64,000 bases of DNA, from NCBI GenBank assembly GCA_963748815.1, contig CAVVKJ010000010.1:1088001-1152000 (forward strand), read 5' to 3'. This stretch comes from an uncultured Gemmatimonadales bacterium. Its GTDB lineage: Bacteria > Gemmatimonadota > Gemmatimonadetes > Gemmatimonadales > GWC2-71-9. This document shows positions 9,852-21,940 of this stretch, in pieces. Below the pieces are notes generated by a model. It saw only the letters and a program-made list of their open reading frames with translations. It was not told the DNA's origin and searched no databases. How positions within the stretch are numbered: the stretch's first letter is position 1; each line of letters opens with the position of its first letter. Position numbers and translations under genes: made by a program.

Positions 9852-10799
9852 GTGGCCGTTCCGCTCGTCCAGCTCAGCCGCACCCCCGCCACCCCCAAGG
9901 GGGGGGCATCGACCGTGCCTGCAACCCCCGTCCGGAAGCCGTCCTGGCTCAAGGTCCGGACGCCAGGGGGCCAGAACTACGTGGAAATCCGGGGGATGAT
10001 GCGGGAGCTGGGCCTCCACACGGTGTGCGAGGAGGCTCGCTGCCCGAACATCGGCGAGTGCTGGGAACACAAGGCCGCCACGTTCATGATCCTCGGCGAC
10101 GTCTGCACCCGGAACTGCACCTACTGCGCGGTGGCCCACGGGACGCCCAAGCCGTTCGATCCGGTCGAGCCGGTCCGACTCGCCGAGGCGGTCACCCGGA
10201 TGGGGCTGCAGCACGTGGTCATCACCTCGGTGGACCGGGACGACCTCCCGAACGGCGGGGCCGAGGCCTTCGCGGGATGCATCACCGAAATTCGCGCCCG
10301 GCTCCCCGAGACCTCGGTCGAAGTGCTGATTCCCGACTTCAAGGGCTCCGAACAGGCGCTCCAGCTCGTGATGGACGCCCGCCCCGACATCCTGAACCAC
10401 AATCTCGAGACCCCAGAACGCCTCTACCGTCTGGCCCGGCCGGGAGGCCGCTACGACCGGGCCCTGCGACTCCTCGCCAACGCGCGCCGGATGGGCGGTC
10501 CCGACGCCCTCACCAAGTCGGGGATCATCCTCGGCATGGGCGAGGAGTGGGACGAGGTCCTGGTCTGCATGCGCGATCTCCGCAAGAGCGACGTCAACAT
10601 CCTGACCCTCGGCCAGTATCTCCGCCCCTCCGGCGGCCACCTGCCGATCGCCCGCTACTACACCCCCGATGAGTTCGCCGAGCTCCGCGAGATCGGCCTG
10701 CGGCTCGGGTTCTCCCACGTCGAATCGAGCCCGTTGACCCGTTCCTCGTATCACGCGTGGGAGCAGGTCGACAAGGCCAAAGAACAGAGGAACGCCTGA
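9852..10799 (+). CDS. lipA: Lipoyl synthase
   Basis: TVCEEARCPNIGEC and CTRNCTYC clusters, RSSYHA; AAGGAG RBS before GTG. Confidence 0.95.
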   Translation: MAVPLVQLSRTPATPKGGASTVPATPVRKPSWLKVRTPGGQNYVEIRGMMRELGLHTVCEEARCPNIGECWEHKAATFMILGDVCTRNCTYCAVAHGTPKPFDPVEPVRLAEAVTRMGLQHVVITSVDRDDLPNGGAEAFAGCITEIRARLPETSVEVLIPDFKGSEQALQLVMDARPDILNHNLETPERLYRLARPGGRYDRALRLLANARRMGGPDALTKSGIILGMGEEWDEVLVCMRDLRKSDVNILTLGQYLRPSGGHLPIARYYTPDEFAELREIGLRLGFSHVESSPLTRSSYHAWEQVDKAKEQRNA

Positions 10800-11827
10800 T
10801 GGCGGGCACCCGTCCCTCGTCCCGAGCCAAGGGCGCGGCGCGCAGCGCCGAATCCGGCGCCAGCCCAGAGCAGTGCCGGAGCTACCTGCGGCAAATGCGC
10901 CTCATCCGTCAGTTCGAGGACAAGGCCGGTGAGGCGTACAGCCTCGGCAAGATCGGCGGGTTCTGTCACCTGTACATCGGGCAGGAGGCGGTGGCGGTCG
11001 GCAGCATGGCGGCGCTTCGCCAGGACGACTACATCACCACCTCCTACCGCGATCACGGCCATGCGCTGGCCCGGGGACTCACCGCGCGGTCGGTCATGGC
11101 GGAGCTCTTCGGCAAGGCGACAGGGTGTTCGCACGGCAAGGGCGGCTCGATGCACCTCTTCGACGCCTCCCTCGGGTTTCTCGGCGGGCACGGCATCGTC
11201 GGCGGCCACATCCCGCTCACGGCGGGGATGGCGTTCGCGGCCAAGTACCGGAAGACCGACCAGGTGGCGGTCTGTTATTTCGGGGAGGCGGCGGTCAACA
11301 TCGGGTCGTTCCACGAGACGCTCAACATGGCGGCGCTCTGGAAGCTGCCGGCCATCTTCATCGTCGAGAACAACGGCTACGGCATGGGGACCGCGCTGGC
11401 GCGGGCCAGCTCGCTGCTGGACCTTGCCCACCGGGCCTACTCCTACGAAATGACCGAGGAAGTGGTGGATGGGCAGGACGTCTTTGCCGTCCGGAGCGCC
11501 ATGGATCGCGCCGTGACGCGGGCGCGTGTCGAGTCGCTCCCGACGCTCCTCGAAATGCGCACCTACCGCTACGTCGGGCACTCGATGTCGGACGCGGCGC
11601 ACGGCACCTATCGCACCAAGGAAGAGGTGGAGGAGTTTCGGCAGCGGGATCCGATCAAGCTGCTCGAGGCCCATATGGTCGCCGCGCGGATGATCGACGA
11701 GGCGGGGCTCAAGGCGCTCGACGAGGAGATCGTCGCCGAGGTCGAGGATTCGGTGCGCTTCGCGGAGGAGTCGCCGGACCCGGCGCCGGGCGAACTGTGG
11801 ACCGACGTGCTCGCGGGAGGGCGGTAA
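10799..11827 (+). CDS. pdhA: Pyruvate dehydrogenase E1 alpha
   Basis: GFCHLYIGQEA, GGSMH, GHGIVG, YRYVGHSMSD. Confidence 0.95.
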   Translation: MAGTRPSSRAKGAARSAESGASPEQCRSYLRQMRLIRQFEDKAGEAYSLGKIGGFCHLYIGQEAVAVGSMAALRQDDYITTSYRDHGHALARGLTARSVMAELFGKATGCSHGKGGSMHLFDASLGFLGGHGIVGGHIPLTAGMAFAAKYRKTDQVAVCYFGEAAVNIGSFHETLNMAALWKLPAIFIVENNGYGMGTALARASSLLDLAHRAYSYEMTEEVVDGQDVFAVRSAMDRAVTRARVESLPTLLEMRTYRYVGHSMSDAAHGTYRTKEEVEEFRQRDPIKLLEAHMVAARMIDEAGLKALDEEIVAEVEDSVRFAEESPDPAPGELWTDVLAGGR

Positions 11828-11828
11828 C

Positions 11829-12809
11829 ATGGCGCTCCTGACCTACCGCGACGCCCTGAACGAGGCGCTCCGCGAGGAGATGGCCCTCGACGACCGCGTC
11901 TTCCTGATGGGCGAGGAAGTGGCGGAGTACGACGGTGCCTACAAGGTGAGCCGCGGGCTGCTGAAGGAGTTCGGCCCGCTGCGGGTGGTGGACACGCCGA
12001 TCGCCGAGCTGGGCTTTGCCGGCATCGGGGTCGGCGCGGCGATGGTCGGCCTCCGCCCGGTCATCGAGTTCATGACGTGGAACTTCGCGCTGCTCGCCAT
12101 CGACCAGATCGTCAACTCGGCGGCCAAGATGCGGTACATGTCGGGGGGCCAGGTCGGCTGCCCGATCGTCTTCCGCGGCCCGGGCGGCGCGGCGCTGCAG
12201 CTCGCCGCGCAGCACTCGCAGTCGTTCGAGTCCTGGTACGCGCACATCCCCGGCCTCAAGGTGCTGACCCCCGGCACGCCGGCCGACGCCAAGGGGCTGC
12301 TCAAGAGCGCCATCCGCGACGACGACCCGGTGGTGTTCATCGAAGGCGAGATGCTCTACAACGTGAAGGGCGAGGTGCCGGAAGGCGAGCACCTGGTGCC
12401 GATCGGGAAGGCGGAGGTCAAGCGCGCCGGCTCCGACGTCACGCTGGTCTGCCACTCGAAGACGGTCACGGTGGCGCTCAAGGCGGCGGAGCAGCTCGCC
12501 GCCGAGGGGATCAACGCCGAGGTGGTGGACCTCCGCACGATCCGCCCGATGGACACCGAGACGGTGCTCAACTCGGTGGGCCGGACGCATCGGTGCGTGG
12601 TGGTGGAGGAGGGGTGGGCGTTCGCGGGGGTGGGCGCGCAGGTGGTGGACGAGATTCAGCGGCACATCTTCGATGAACTCGACGCGCCGGTGCTGCGGGT
12701 CACGGGCGCCGACGTGCCGATGCCCTACAACAAGCAGCTCGAGCGGGCGGCCAAGGCCGACCCGGCCAAGGTGATCGCCGCCGTCAAGCAGGTGCTCTAC
12801 CTGGCCTGA
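11829..12809 (+). CDS. pdhB: Pyruvate dehydrogenase E1 beta
   Basis: GEEVAEYDGAYKVS, DTPIAE, EFMTWNF, AQHSQ. Confidence 0.95.
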   Translation: MALLTYRDALNEALREEMALDDRVFLMGEEVAEYDGAYKVSRGLLKEFGPLRVVDTPIAELGFAGIGVGAAMVGLRPVIEFMTWNFALLAIDQIVNSAAKMRYMSGGQVGCPIVFRGPGGAALQLAAQHSQSFESWYAHIPGLKVLTPGTPADAKGLLKSAIRDDDPVVFIEGEMLYNVKGEVPEGEHLVPIGKAEVKRAGSDVTLVCHSKTVTVALKAAEQLAAEGINAEVVDLRTIRPMDTETVLNSVGRTHRCVVVEEGWAFAGVGAQVVDEIQRHIFDELDAPVLRVTGADVPMPYNKQLERAAKADPAKVIAAVKQVLYLA

Positions 12810-12850
12810 CGGATGTCGCCATTCTACTGCCTCGATCCGGGATCTGACGC

Positions 12851-14108
<1,258 letters not shown>

Positions 14109-14147
14109 CGGCCCCGGCCGCCCGACCTGAGACCGAGGACTTTCATC

Positions 14148-15542
14148 GTGGCTTCATTCGACATCATCATCCTGGGCGGCGGCCCCGCCGGCTACGTCTG
14201 CGCCATCCGCGCGGCCCAGCTCGGCCTCAGCACCGCCGTCGTCGAGAAGGACAAGCTGGGCGGCGTCTGCGTCAACATCGGCTGCATCCCGACCAAGGCC
14301 CTGCTCCACAGCGCGTCGTCGATCCAGCTCATCCAGCACCAGGCCAAGGACCTCGGCATCGAGGTCGGCACCGTGAAGACCGACTACGGCGTCGCGATGA
14401 AGCGGAGCCGCAAGGTGTCGGAGCAGAACTCCAAGGGCGTGGAGTTCCTGATGAAGAAGAACAAGGTGACGGTCATCAAGGGGACCGGCACGCTGATGCC
14501 CGGCAAGAAGGTCAAGGTCGGCGCCGACGTGCACGAGGCCAAGAAGGCGGTCGTCATCGCCACCGGGTCCCGGGTCAAGGGCATTCCGCAAATCGGGCTG
14601 GAGATCAACAAGACCACCGTCATCAGCTCCGACGAGGCGCTGTTCCTGGAATCCGCGCCGAAGTCGATGATCGTGGTCGGCGCGGGCGCGGTCGGATCGG
14701 AATTTGCCGACATCTTCAACTCCTTCGGCACCAAGGTGACGCTCGTCGAGGCCCTCCCCCGGATCCTCCCGATCGAGGACGCCGAGTGCTCCGACGCGCT
14801 GGCCAAGTCGTTCAAGAAGCGGGGCATCGACGTGCTGGCGGGCGCCAAGGTGCTGAAGGCGACGGTCGGGAAGGATTCGGTCACGCTGGAGGTCGAGTCG
14901 GGCGGCGAAAAGAAGTCCATCACCGCCGACAAGGTGCTGATGGCGGCCGGCCGCGCCGTGAACACCGAGAACATGGGCTTCAAGGAAGCCGGCGTGCAGC
15001 TGACCGACCGCGGGTTCGTGAAGGTGAACCTCGCCACGCTCGAGACCACCGCCCCCGGCGTCTACTGCATCGGCGACGTGGCCGGTCCGCCGATGCTGGC
15101 GCACAAGGGGAGCCGCGAGGGCTCGGTCGTCGCGGAGCTGATCGCCGGGCACAAGCCGCACCCCATCCGCTACGACAATGTCCCGAGCGTCACGTACTGC
15201 CACCCGGAAGTCGCCAGCATCGGCCTGACCGAGGAGCAGTGCAAGGAGAAGAAGCTCGACTACCAGGTCGGCCGCTTCCCCTTCAGCGCCAACGGCCGCG
15301 CCCGCGCCTCCAACGAGACCGAGGGCTTCGTCAAGATCATCCGCGACAAGAAGTACGGCGAGATCCTCGGCGCCCATATCGTCGGCGGGCACGCCTCCGA
15401 GATGATCCACGAGCTCGCCGTGGCGCGGGAAAACGAGTACACCGTCGAGGAAGTCGACCTGGCCATCCACGCCCATCCCACCCTGTCGGAAGCGATCGCC
15501 GAAGCGGCGCTCGATTCGATGGGGAGGGTGATCCACACCTAG
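14148..15542 (+). CDS. lpdA: Dihydrolipoamide dehydrogenase
   Basis: GGGPAGY, GGVCVNIGCIPTK, HAHPTLSE. Confidence 0.95.
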   Translation: MASFDIIILGGGPAGYVCAIRAAQLGLSTAVVEKDKLGGVCVNIGCIPTKALLHSASSIQLIQHQAKDLGIEVGTVKTDYGVAMKRSRKVSEQNSKGVEFLMKKNKVTVIKGTGTLMPGKKVKVGADVHEAKKAVVIATGSRVKGIPQIGLEINKTTVISSDEALFLESAPKSMIVVGAGAVGSEFADIFNSFGTKVTLVEALPRILPIEDAECSDALAKSFKKRGIDVLAGAKVLKATVGKDSVTLEVESGGEKKSITADKVLMAAGRAVNTENMGFKEAGVQLTDRGFVKVNLATLETTAPGVYCIGDVAGPPMLAHKGSREGSVVAELIAGHKPHPIRYDNVPSVTYCHPEVASIGLTEEQCKEKKLDYQVGRFPFSANGRARASNETEGFVKIIRDKKYGEILGAHIVGGHASEMIHELAVARENEYTVEEVDLAIHAHPTLSEAIAEAALDSMGRVIHT

Positions 15543-15564
15543 GCGGGGAAGCGGGGAAGCGGGG

Positions 15565-16023
15565 ATGCAACAGCCTCAAAGCGACCGCCCCGAACACTGG
15601 AATCCCGTCGCCCCGACCGAGGACTACATCCCCCTCGCGTGGGCGTCCATCGGATTCGGCATCCTCCTCGGCACCGCTCTCGTCGCGGCCGTGCTCCTCG
15701 GTGTCCGCGCGCTCATCGCGCAGGGCCCCCCGACCGACACCCCCGATCCCGGCCAGCCCGCGGCAGTACTCCTCATCTTCGGGACCCTCGGCGCCTGCGC
15801 CGTGGCGGGCGTTTCGTGCTGGACGGCCATGGCCCCGGTCCCGGCCTATCGCCGAGGCGGCCTCAGCATGGTCACCGCCTTCGCCACCGTCGTCACGGCC
15901 CTCCTCCTCGCCCCGGTCAACGAACTTGGCGGGCCGGCCGCGCTGGGCGCGGTTGCGCTCGGGTGCGGCGCGCTGGCCTGGAGGCTTGGCAGGCGGATCA
16001 GGGGACTGCGGGCGGACCGATGA
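15565..16023 (+). CDS. Hypothetical membrane protein (4 TM)
   Basis: Hydrophobic helices; stop overlaps lipB start. Confidence 0.6.
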   Translation: MQQPQSDRPEHWNPVAPTEDYIPLAWASIGFGILLGTALVAAVLLGVRALIAQGPPTDTPDPGQPAAVLLIFGTLGACAVAGVSCWTAMAPVPAYRRGGLSMVTAFATVVTALLLAPVNELGGPAALGAVALGCGALAWRLGRRIRGLRADR

Positions 16024-16736
16024 GCCAGCGATCGCTCCTGGTGGCGGACCTGGGCCGGCGCCCCTACGGCGAGGTGCTGGAGTTGCAGCGCAGGCTCTGC
16101 CGGGCGCGCCAGTCGGGAGAGACGAGCGAGGACCTCCTGTTGTTCGTCGAGCACGATCCAGTGGTGACGCTGGGCCGCGGCACCAAGGAAAGCAGCCTCC
16201 CGCTCTCGCCGGCGGGCATCCGGCAGCGCGGGGTCGAGGTCTACGACGTGGAGCGCGGAGGCGACGTCACCTTCCACGGCCCGGGCCAGCTGGTGGGTTA
16301 CCCGATTCTCGACCTGTCACACCATCGGCAGGACCTGCACTGGTACCTGCGGACCGTCGAGGAGGCCCTCATCGTGGGGCTCGACGCGCTCGGAATCGCG
16401 GCGGCGCGCAACCCGGGATTGACCGGGGTCTGGACGGGGGGACGGAAGATCGCGAGCATCGGAATTCACGTGAAGCAGTGGGTCACCTTTCACGGCTTCG
16501 CCCTGAATGTCACGACCGACCTCGACTACTTCGACCTGATCGTGCCCTGCGGCATCGAGGGAGTCTCGATGACCAGCGTGGCGAGGGAACTGGGGGGCGC
16601 CGCGCCCGCCGACCTGCTGGCCGTCACGCAGGACGCCGTCACGGCGGCGTTTGGCCGGGTCTTCGATCGCAAGTGGCGCCACGCGGAGCCCGTCGAGTGG
16701 GACCCCGCGGCACCGGCTGGTGGGGCGATGCGGTAA
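16020..16736 (+). CDS. lipB: Octanoyltransferase
   Basis: EHDPVVTLG, RGGDVTFHGPGQLVGYP, KIASIG, HGFALN, IVPCG. Confidence 0.95.
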   Translation: MSQRSLLVADLGRRPYGEVLELQRRLCRARQSGETSEDLLLFVEHDPVVTLGRGTKESSLPLSPAGIRQRGVEVYDVERGGDVTFHGPGQLVGYPILDLSHHRQDLHWYLRTVEEALIVGLDALGIAAARNPGLTGVWTGGRKIASIGIHVKQWVTFHGFALNVTTDLDYFDLIVPCGIEGVSMTSVARELGGAAPADLLAVTQDAVTAAFGRVFDRKWRHAEPVEWDPAAPAGGAMR

Positions 16737-16774
16737 GGTTGCCTTTCGTGCGGTGCTCCGCCAATCTCCACGTC

Positions 16775-17257
16775 ATGGCGGACATTCCACCGAAACGCAC
16801 CCCGCAGACCATCGCGGACGAGCGCGTGACGCAAATCCTGAAGGCGGCCGACAGCTGGGCCTCCGACGCTCCCGCGGCGCTTTCGCCGGCGGTGCGGGCC
16901 GTCTGCCTGCGCCTGGCGGAGATGATCGCCGATGCGCGGCACGAACACCTCCCGAATCCCGAACCCCTTGATCCCGAAGCCGGCCAGGCGCTCGACCTGA
17001 TCGCCAAGCGGCTCCGCGCCCCCGCCTCCGTGCGCGGACTTGAGCAGGAGCTCGAGGCGCTGTCCGCACTGGAACTCCGGGCCACGGGGGCGTGGGCGGT
17101 GGTGCCCTCCGCGCAGGGCGAATGGACCGCCACCGCCATCGCCTACCTCGAACAGCGTGCCGCCACGCTGCCGGCGGCGGAGCGCCCAGGCGACTACTGG
17201 GCCGACGACCTGGTGGCGGGGGTCATCGCCTCCGTCCGGGCCCTGGTGGCCGGGTGA
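16775..17257 (+). CDS. Hypothetical protein
   Basis: 160 aa ORF MADIPPKRTP... with host-like codon usage, followed by a terminator. Confidence 0.6.
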   Translation: MADIPPKRTPQTIADERVTQILKAADSWASDAPAALSPAVRAVCLRLAEMIADARHEHLPNPEPLDPEAGQALDLIAKRLRAPASVRGLEQELEALSALELRATGAWAVVPSAQGEWTATAIAYLEQRAATLPAAERPGDYWADDLVAGVIASVRALVAG

Positions 17258-17272
17258 AGGCCCGCTAAGCTG

Positions 17273-17303
17273 AAGCCCCCCGGCACGACGCCGGGGGGCT
17301 TCT
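17273..17303. terminator. Bidirectional terminator
   Basis: AAGCCCCCCGGC-ACGAC-GCCGGGGGGCTT between convergent genes. Confidence 0.75.
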
Positions 17304-17326
17304 TCACACGCGGGATCGCACGGTGC

Positions 17327-18704
17327 TCAACCCTTCGTGGGCTTTTCCTCCGCCATCATCTCGAAGAACCGTCCGAACACCCGGATGCCGTCCCAGATCT
17401 GCTGCACGGCGATCTTCTCGTTGGGCGAATGCAAGCCGTCGTCGGGAAGGCCCACGCCGGTCAGGAGCACCGGGGCGCCGGTCATGCCGAGTTTCGGCAC
17501 GATGGGGATCGACCCGCCTGCCCGCACCGACACCGTCTTGCGCCCCACCACTTCCTCGAAGGCGCGATCGAGCACTCGGAAGGCGGGGGCGGTGACATCC
17601 ACCTCCACCGGGTCGGCACCGTGCAGGGGACGGACTTCGACCTTGGCCCAGGTCGGCGCCAGCGCCTGCACCGTCTTCTCGAGCGCCGCCTGTACCCCGT
17701 CCCGGGTCAGCCCGGGCACCAGGCGGAGGCTCACCTTGGCGGCGGCCTTGGCGGGAATGACGGTCTTGGCCCCGTCGCCGGTGAAGCCGCCCATGATGCC
17801 GTGGATTTCGAACGTCGGCAGCGCCCAGGTCCGCTCGAGGATCGAGTATTCCTTGAGGCCGGTCAAGCGCGGTGGAGGTGACCTCCTCCTTCATGTACTC
17901 GTGCACGTTGAAGGGCAGCCCCTTCCACGCCTCCAGCTCCGACTCGGTCGGCGGCACCACCTGGTCGTAGAGTCCGCGGATGTGAATGCGGCCGTCGACC
18001 CCCTTCAGGTCCATGAGGAGGCGGCAGAGCGCCTCCATCGCGTTCGGGGCGACGCCGCCGTAGGTGCCGGAGTGGAGGTCGCGCTCCAGCGTCCGGAGGT
18101 GAATCTCGGCGTAGCACATGCCCCGGAGCGCGGTGTACACCGCGGGGATGCCCGGCGCGTAGTACCCCATGTCGGCCACCAGCACGGCGTCGGCGTTGGT
18201 GCGCTCCGGCTCCAGGTTGAGGCGGTCGACGATCACGTCGCCCCCGCACTCCTCTTCGCCCTCGATGATGAAATTCACGTTGAGGGGCGGGCGGCCGTCG
18301 GCGTCGAGCACCGACTCGTACGCCTTCAGGAGGGTGAAGACCTGCCCCTTGTCGTCCACCGCACCGCGCGCGTAGAGATTGCCATCGCGGATGGTCGGCT
18401 CGAAGGCGGGGGAAATCCACTCGTCGAGCGGATCGGGGGGCTGCACGTCGTAGTGGCCGTAGACCAGCACCGTCGGCTTGCCGGGGACGCGGGGACTCTC
18501 CGCCCAGACGATCGGGTGCCCCTTCCCCTCGAGGAGGGTGACCTTGGAGCACTTCAGCCGCTTGAACTCTTCCACCAGCCAGTCGGCGGCCTTCCGGCAG
18601 TCGGGGGCGTTCGCCGGGAGGGTGCTCACACTGGGGATGCGCAGAAAGGAGAAGAGTTCGCCGAGGAGGCGCTTCTCTTCGCGGGCCACAAATCCGGTAT
18701 CCAT
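17327..18704 (-). CDS. M20 family dipeptidase (frameshift near 17866)
   Basis: YGHYDVQP, RGAVDDKGQ, EGEEE, DLHSG.YGG, GGSIP, HSPNEK. Confidence 0.9.
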
Positions 18705-18850
18705 AGGGGGAACGTCCTCGGAAAAGCTGACGGTTGCGAGCGGGCGTAACTGACGAAAGGTACACGAAACCGGGCAGCACGCGAGGGCCGTCCGCGGGGT
18801 GACCAAAGGCCCCCTCTGGCGCGATTCGATCCCACCGATACATTCGCCAG

Positions 18851-19963
18851 ATGTTCACCACATCCCAGTTCCGCGTGTTCGCCACCGAGCCCAGTGAGCG
18901 TGCCCTGGCCCGGGCGCGGCACCTCCTCCGCGACGCGTCACTCGATGAGGCGGAAGAGGCGTACCTCGAACTCATCGACCGGCAACCGGACTTGAAGCTG
19001 GCCTGGTGCGAGTACTTCGAGATGCTCCGCGGGCAGCGGCGCTTCGAGGAAGGGCTGGCGCTCTCGGCGCAGGCGGCCGACCAGTTCGGCGAGTCCGCCC
19101 TCCCGCTCGCGCTCAAGGGCGCGGCGATGGTGGAACTCGGCCGGTACCGGGAAGGTCTCGTGGCGCTGGAACAGGCGGCCGCCCGCAATCCTGACTTCGC
19201 CATGGTCTGGCACGAGGCCGGGTACGCCGCGTACCGACTCGGCGAGCACGACCGCGCCCTGCTCGCCCTCGACCGGGCGTTCGCCCTCGAGCCCCACAGC
19301 GGCACGCTGCACCTGCGCGGGAAAATCCTGCGGGGCGCCGGCCGGTACCTCGCCGCGGAGGTTGCCTTCAGCGGCGCAGTCGAGTCGGCCGAGTTCCCGG
19401 AGCAGCGGGCGGAGGCGGAGCGGCAGGTGGCCATCACCCGCCGGTACGCGGCCTTCGCCGGCCGGCGGCCCGCCGAGCTTACCGCCACCCAGCGCTGGTT
19501 CGGCGACCACGGCGCGTCGCTCCTCACCCGCTCAGACGGCGAGCATCATCCCTCGCCGGAGCGGCTGGTGCAGGAGTTCATCACCGTGGTGCGCGAGGAA
19601 GAGTGGCGATTCACCCACCTGGTGACCACCGACGAGTGGGACGGCTGGGTGGCGCTGGCGGCGGCGCTGGAGCTCCCGGGGCACGACGGAAAGTCCCTCG
19701 CGCCCGACGCGGTGCCGCTGGTCGTCGGGCTGCGGCCGGGCGGCGTCGGGTCCAGCTGGGCACTGGCCAACCGGCAGGTCCTCCGGAGCGAGGAGGGGCT
19801 GACGTTCAGCGTCTTCCAGCCCCTCTCGGGACCGGTGGCGGATGTGGCGGGGATTCTGGAAGGGACCGGTCGCGTGCGCGTCGACCTCGGCCTCGCGGAG
19901 GAGGCCATCCGGCATCCGCAAAGCCGCCTGCGGGGCCGTCGCCTACGGTCGGTCGGCCACTGA
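18851..19963 (+). CDS. Tetratricopeptide repeat protein
   Basis: TPR-like helical repeats in the N-terminal half. Confidence 0.7.
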   Translation: MFTTSQFRVFATEPSERALARARHLLRDASLDEAEEAYLELIDRQPDLKLAWCEYFEMLRGQRRFEEGLALSAQAADQFGESALPLALKGAAMVELGRYREGLVALEQAAARNPDFAMVWHEAGYAAYRLGEHDRALLALDRAFALEPHSGTLHLRGKILRGAGRYLAAEVAFSGAVESAEFPEQRAEAERQVAITRRYAAFAGRRPAELTATQRWFGDHGASLLTRSDGEHHPSPERLVQEFITVVREEEWRFTHLVTTDEWDGWVALAAALELPGHDGKSLAPDAVPLVVGLRPGGVGSSWALANRQVLRSEEGLTFSVFQPLSGPVADVAGILEGTGRVRVDLGLAEEAIRHPQSRLRGRRLRSVGH

Positions 19964-21052
19964 ATCTGGGTACACCTCGGCAGGCCGGAGCGCAGCCTCG
20001 AGGCGCGTCCAGGCACTGTCGCCCTGCGCCCCTGCCACCACCGGCTGGAGCCGCTCCACGGCGAGCCGGATATCCCCGTCATTCTGCCGGTACCATTCCT
20101 CGAACAGGGCCGAACGGGTCCGGTAGATGCGCGCGGCGATCAGGCGCGCGTTGTTGATCGGTCGATCGGCCATCCGACCGACCTGGATGGTCCGCAATTC
20201 CCCCCCGACCGGCCCCTCCAGCTGTTCCCGCGCCCAGCGGCCCGCTTCGGCGCGGCCCGCCGCAAGCGCCAGGGAATCGGGGTGCGCCCCGTAGAGCGCA
20301 TCCAGCCTCCCGGCCAGCGAATCGTAGAACTCCCCCAGCACCAACTCGTCGTGCCAGCGATCCGCCGCGCGCCGCGCGTGCGCGCTATCCCCGCGGTCGA
20401 GGAAGAAGGCCTCGGCGGCGCGGTATCCGACCAGCTGGGCAAAGGTTTCGTTGAAGGTCGTGGCGCTCTTCACATAGAGCGTGTTGTGCGCCACCTCGTG
20501 GAACACGAGCGCCGCAATCTCCACCGAGTCGCCGCCCAGCGCGGTCGACAATAACGGATCGTTGAACCACCCCAGCGTGGAGAATGCGCCCGACGGACGC
20601 AGGTAGGTGTCGAGCCCCTTGGCCTCCAGCTCGGCGACAGCCTTCTCCGCCATTTTCGGGTCGAAGAACCCCTTGTACGGAACCCGGCCGACGACGGGAT
20701 ATTTCCACGTCACGGGACAGAGGCAGTCGGGGGGCGAGGCGGAGAGGACGAGCAGCAGCGTGTCGCGGCCGACGTCGGTGTATTGCGTGTAGGTCTTGTC
20801 GGCCTCGAGCCCGAGACCCGCCGCCGCGTCACGCGCGTTCAGCACCAGCTCGAGCTGGCCGCGGACGGCGGGATCGAGGTCGGGATTGCGGAGGACCTTG
20901 GCAATCGGCTTGCGCTCGGTCAGGATCTGGGTTTCCTCCAGTCCCGCCCGCGTCAAGTACCGCACTTCGCTGCTGGCCACGTACGCCGTGCTGAAACCGA
21001 TCATCAGGGCGGCCACGACGGCGACGATCACGCGAACAGGCCTCCAGCGCAT
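19943..21052 (-). CDS. Putative zinc aminopeptidase (DUF2265-type)
   Basis: W.YPVVG.VPYKGFF, AFSTLGWFNDP, FHEVAH..NETFA. Confidence 0.85.
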   Translation of the reverse strand: MRWRPVRVIVAVVAALMIGFSTAYVASSEVRYLTRAGLEETQILTERKPIAKVLRNPDLDPAVRGQLELVLNARDAAAGLGLEADKTYTQYTDVGRDTLLLVLSASPPDCLCPVTWKYPVVGRVPYKGFFDPKMAEKAVAELEAKGLDTYLRPSGAFSTLGWFNDPLLSTALGGDSVEIAALVFHEVAHNTLYVKSATTFNETFAQLVGYRAAEAFFLDRGDSAHARRAADRWHDELVLGEFYDSLAGRLDALYGAHPDSLALAAGRAEAGRWAREQLEGPVGGELRTIQVGRMADRPINNARLIAARIYRTRSALFEEWYRQNDGDIRLAVERLQPVVAGAQGDSAWTRLEAALRPAEVYPDSVADRP

Positions 21053-21059
21053 GGTGTCC

Positions 21060-21929
21060 TCACGGTGTCAGGCGCACGCCGAACTCGTGGATCGCGGTGC
21101 CGAAGAGGTTCTGCGCCTGGTAGGCGTAGTCGAGCCCGAGTCGGCCGAGCACCACCCCTCCGCCAAAGGTCCACCGCCCCTCGCTGTTCCCCATCGGCGG
21201 CGGACCGTAACCGGCCCGAACCACCAGCCCCGCCCCCTTGAGCACGAGGCCGGCTTCCGCCCCGGCGAGAAACCGGGTCGCCTGGCCGTCCGTCCAGACC
21301 CACTCGATGGTGCCGAGCAGTCGGGTCGTGCCCTGCGGGTCCACGAAATTCAGCGTGTAGCCGAGGTGCGTGGCCGTGGGCAGCCGGACCCCGAGGCCGG
21401 AGAGGTTCTGGTTCCCGATGTTTTCCACGGCGACGGCCAGCGCCATGATGTCGAACACCGCGATGGTAAATCCGGCGCCGGTCGTGAAGGAGCGGTTCAC
21501 CTGGCCGCTGGTGTCGGTGACGGAGACATACCGGCCGGACGCGCCGAGGGCGAGCAGACCGTACCGATAGTCCGCCGCGCCGACCCACGTGACGTTGTCC
21601 ACGTACCCGGAGGTGTCGGGCAGCACCAGGTAGGCGGCGCCGGCGCCGAGGTTGAATTGGCCGGCCCGGAACGCCCCCGCCCCCTGCCAGAGGGTCACGT
21701 CCTGGGGCATCGGACTGTACGCCCCTTCCAGGCTCAGCACCTTGATGGTCGCCAGGCCGGAGGGGTTGATGAAGACGCTGCCCGCGTCCCCCACGAGGGC
21801 GACGCCCGCTCCCGCCATGGCGGCGGAGCGGGTGGAGGCCGGGAGCACGTTGACGATGGAGGAGGGCGCCTGCGCACGGAGCGGCGCGGCGGAGGCCGCG
21901 ACGCTGGCGGCCAGCACGAGGTGCCGCAC
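21060..21929 (-). CDS. PorV/PorQ-like outer membrane beta-barrel protein
   Basis: STRSAAMAGAGVAL.GDAGSVFINPSGLA N-terminal motif; LDYAY near C-terminus. Confidence 0.65.
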   Translation of the reverse strand: MRHLVLAASVAASAAPLRAQAPSSIVNVLPASTRSAAMAGAGVALVGDAGSVFINPSGLATIKVLSLEGAYSPMPQDVTLWQGAGAFRAGQFNLGAGAAYLVLPDTSGYVDNVTWVGAADYRYGLLALGASGRYVSVTDTSGQVNRSFTTGAGFTIAVFDIMALAVAVENIGNQNLSGLGVRLPTATHLGYTLNFVDPQGTTRLLGTIEWVWTDGQATRFLAGAEAGLVLKGAGLVVRAGYGPPPMGNSEGRWTFGGGVVLGRLGLDYAYQAQNLFGTAIHEFGVRLTP

Positions 21930-21940
21930 CCGGACCGGCC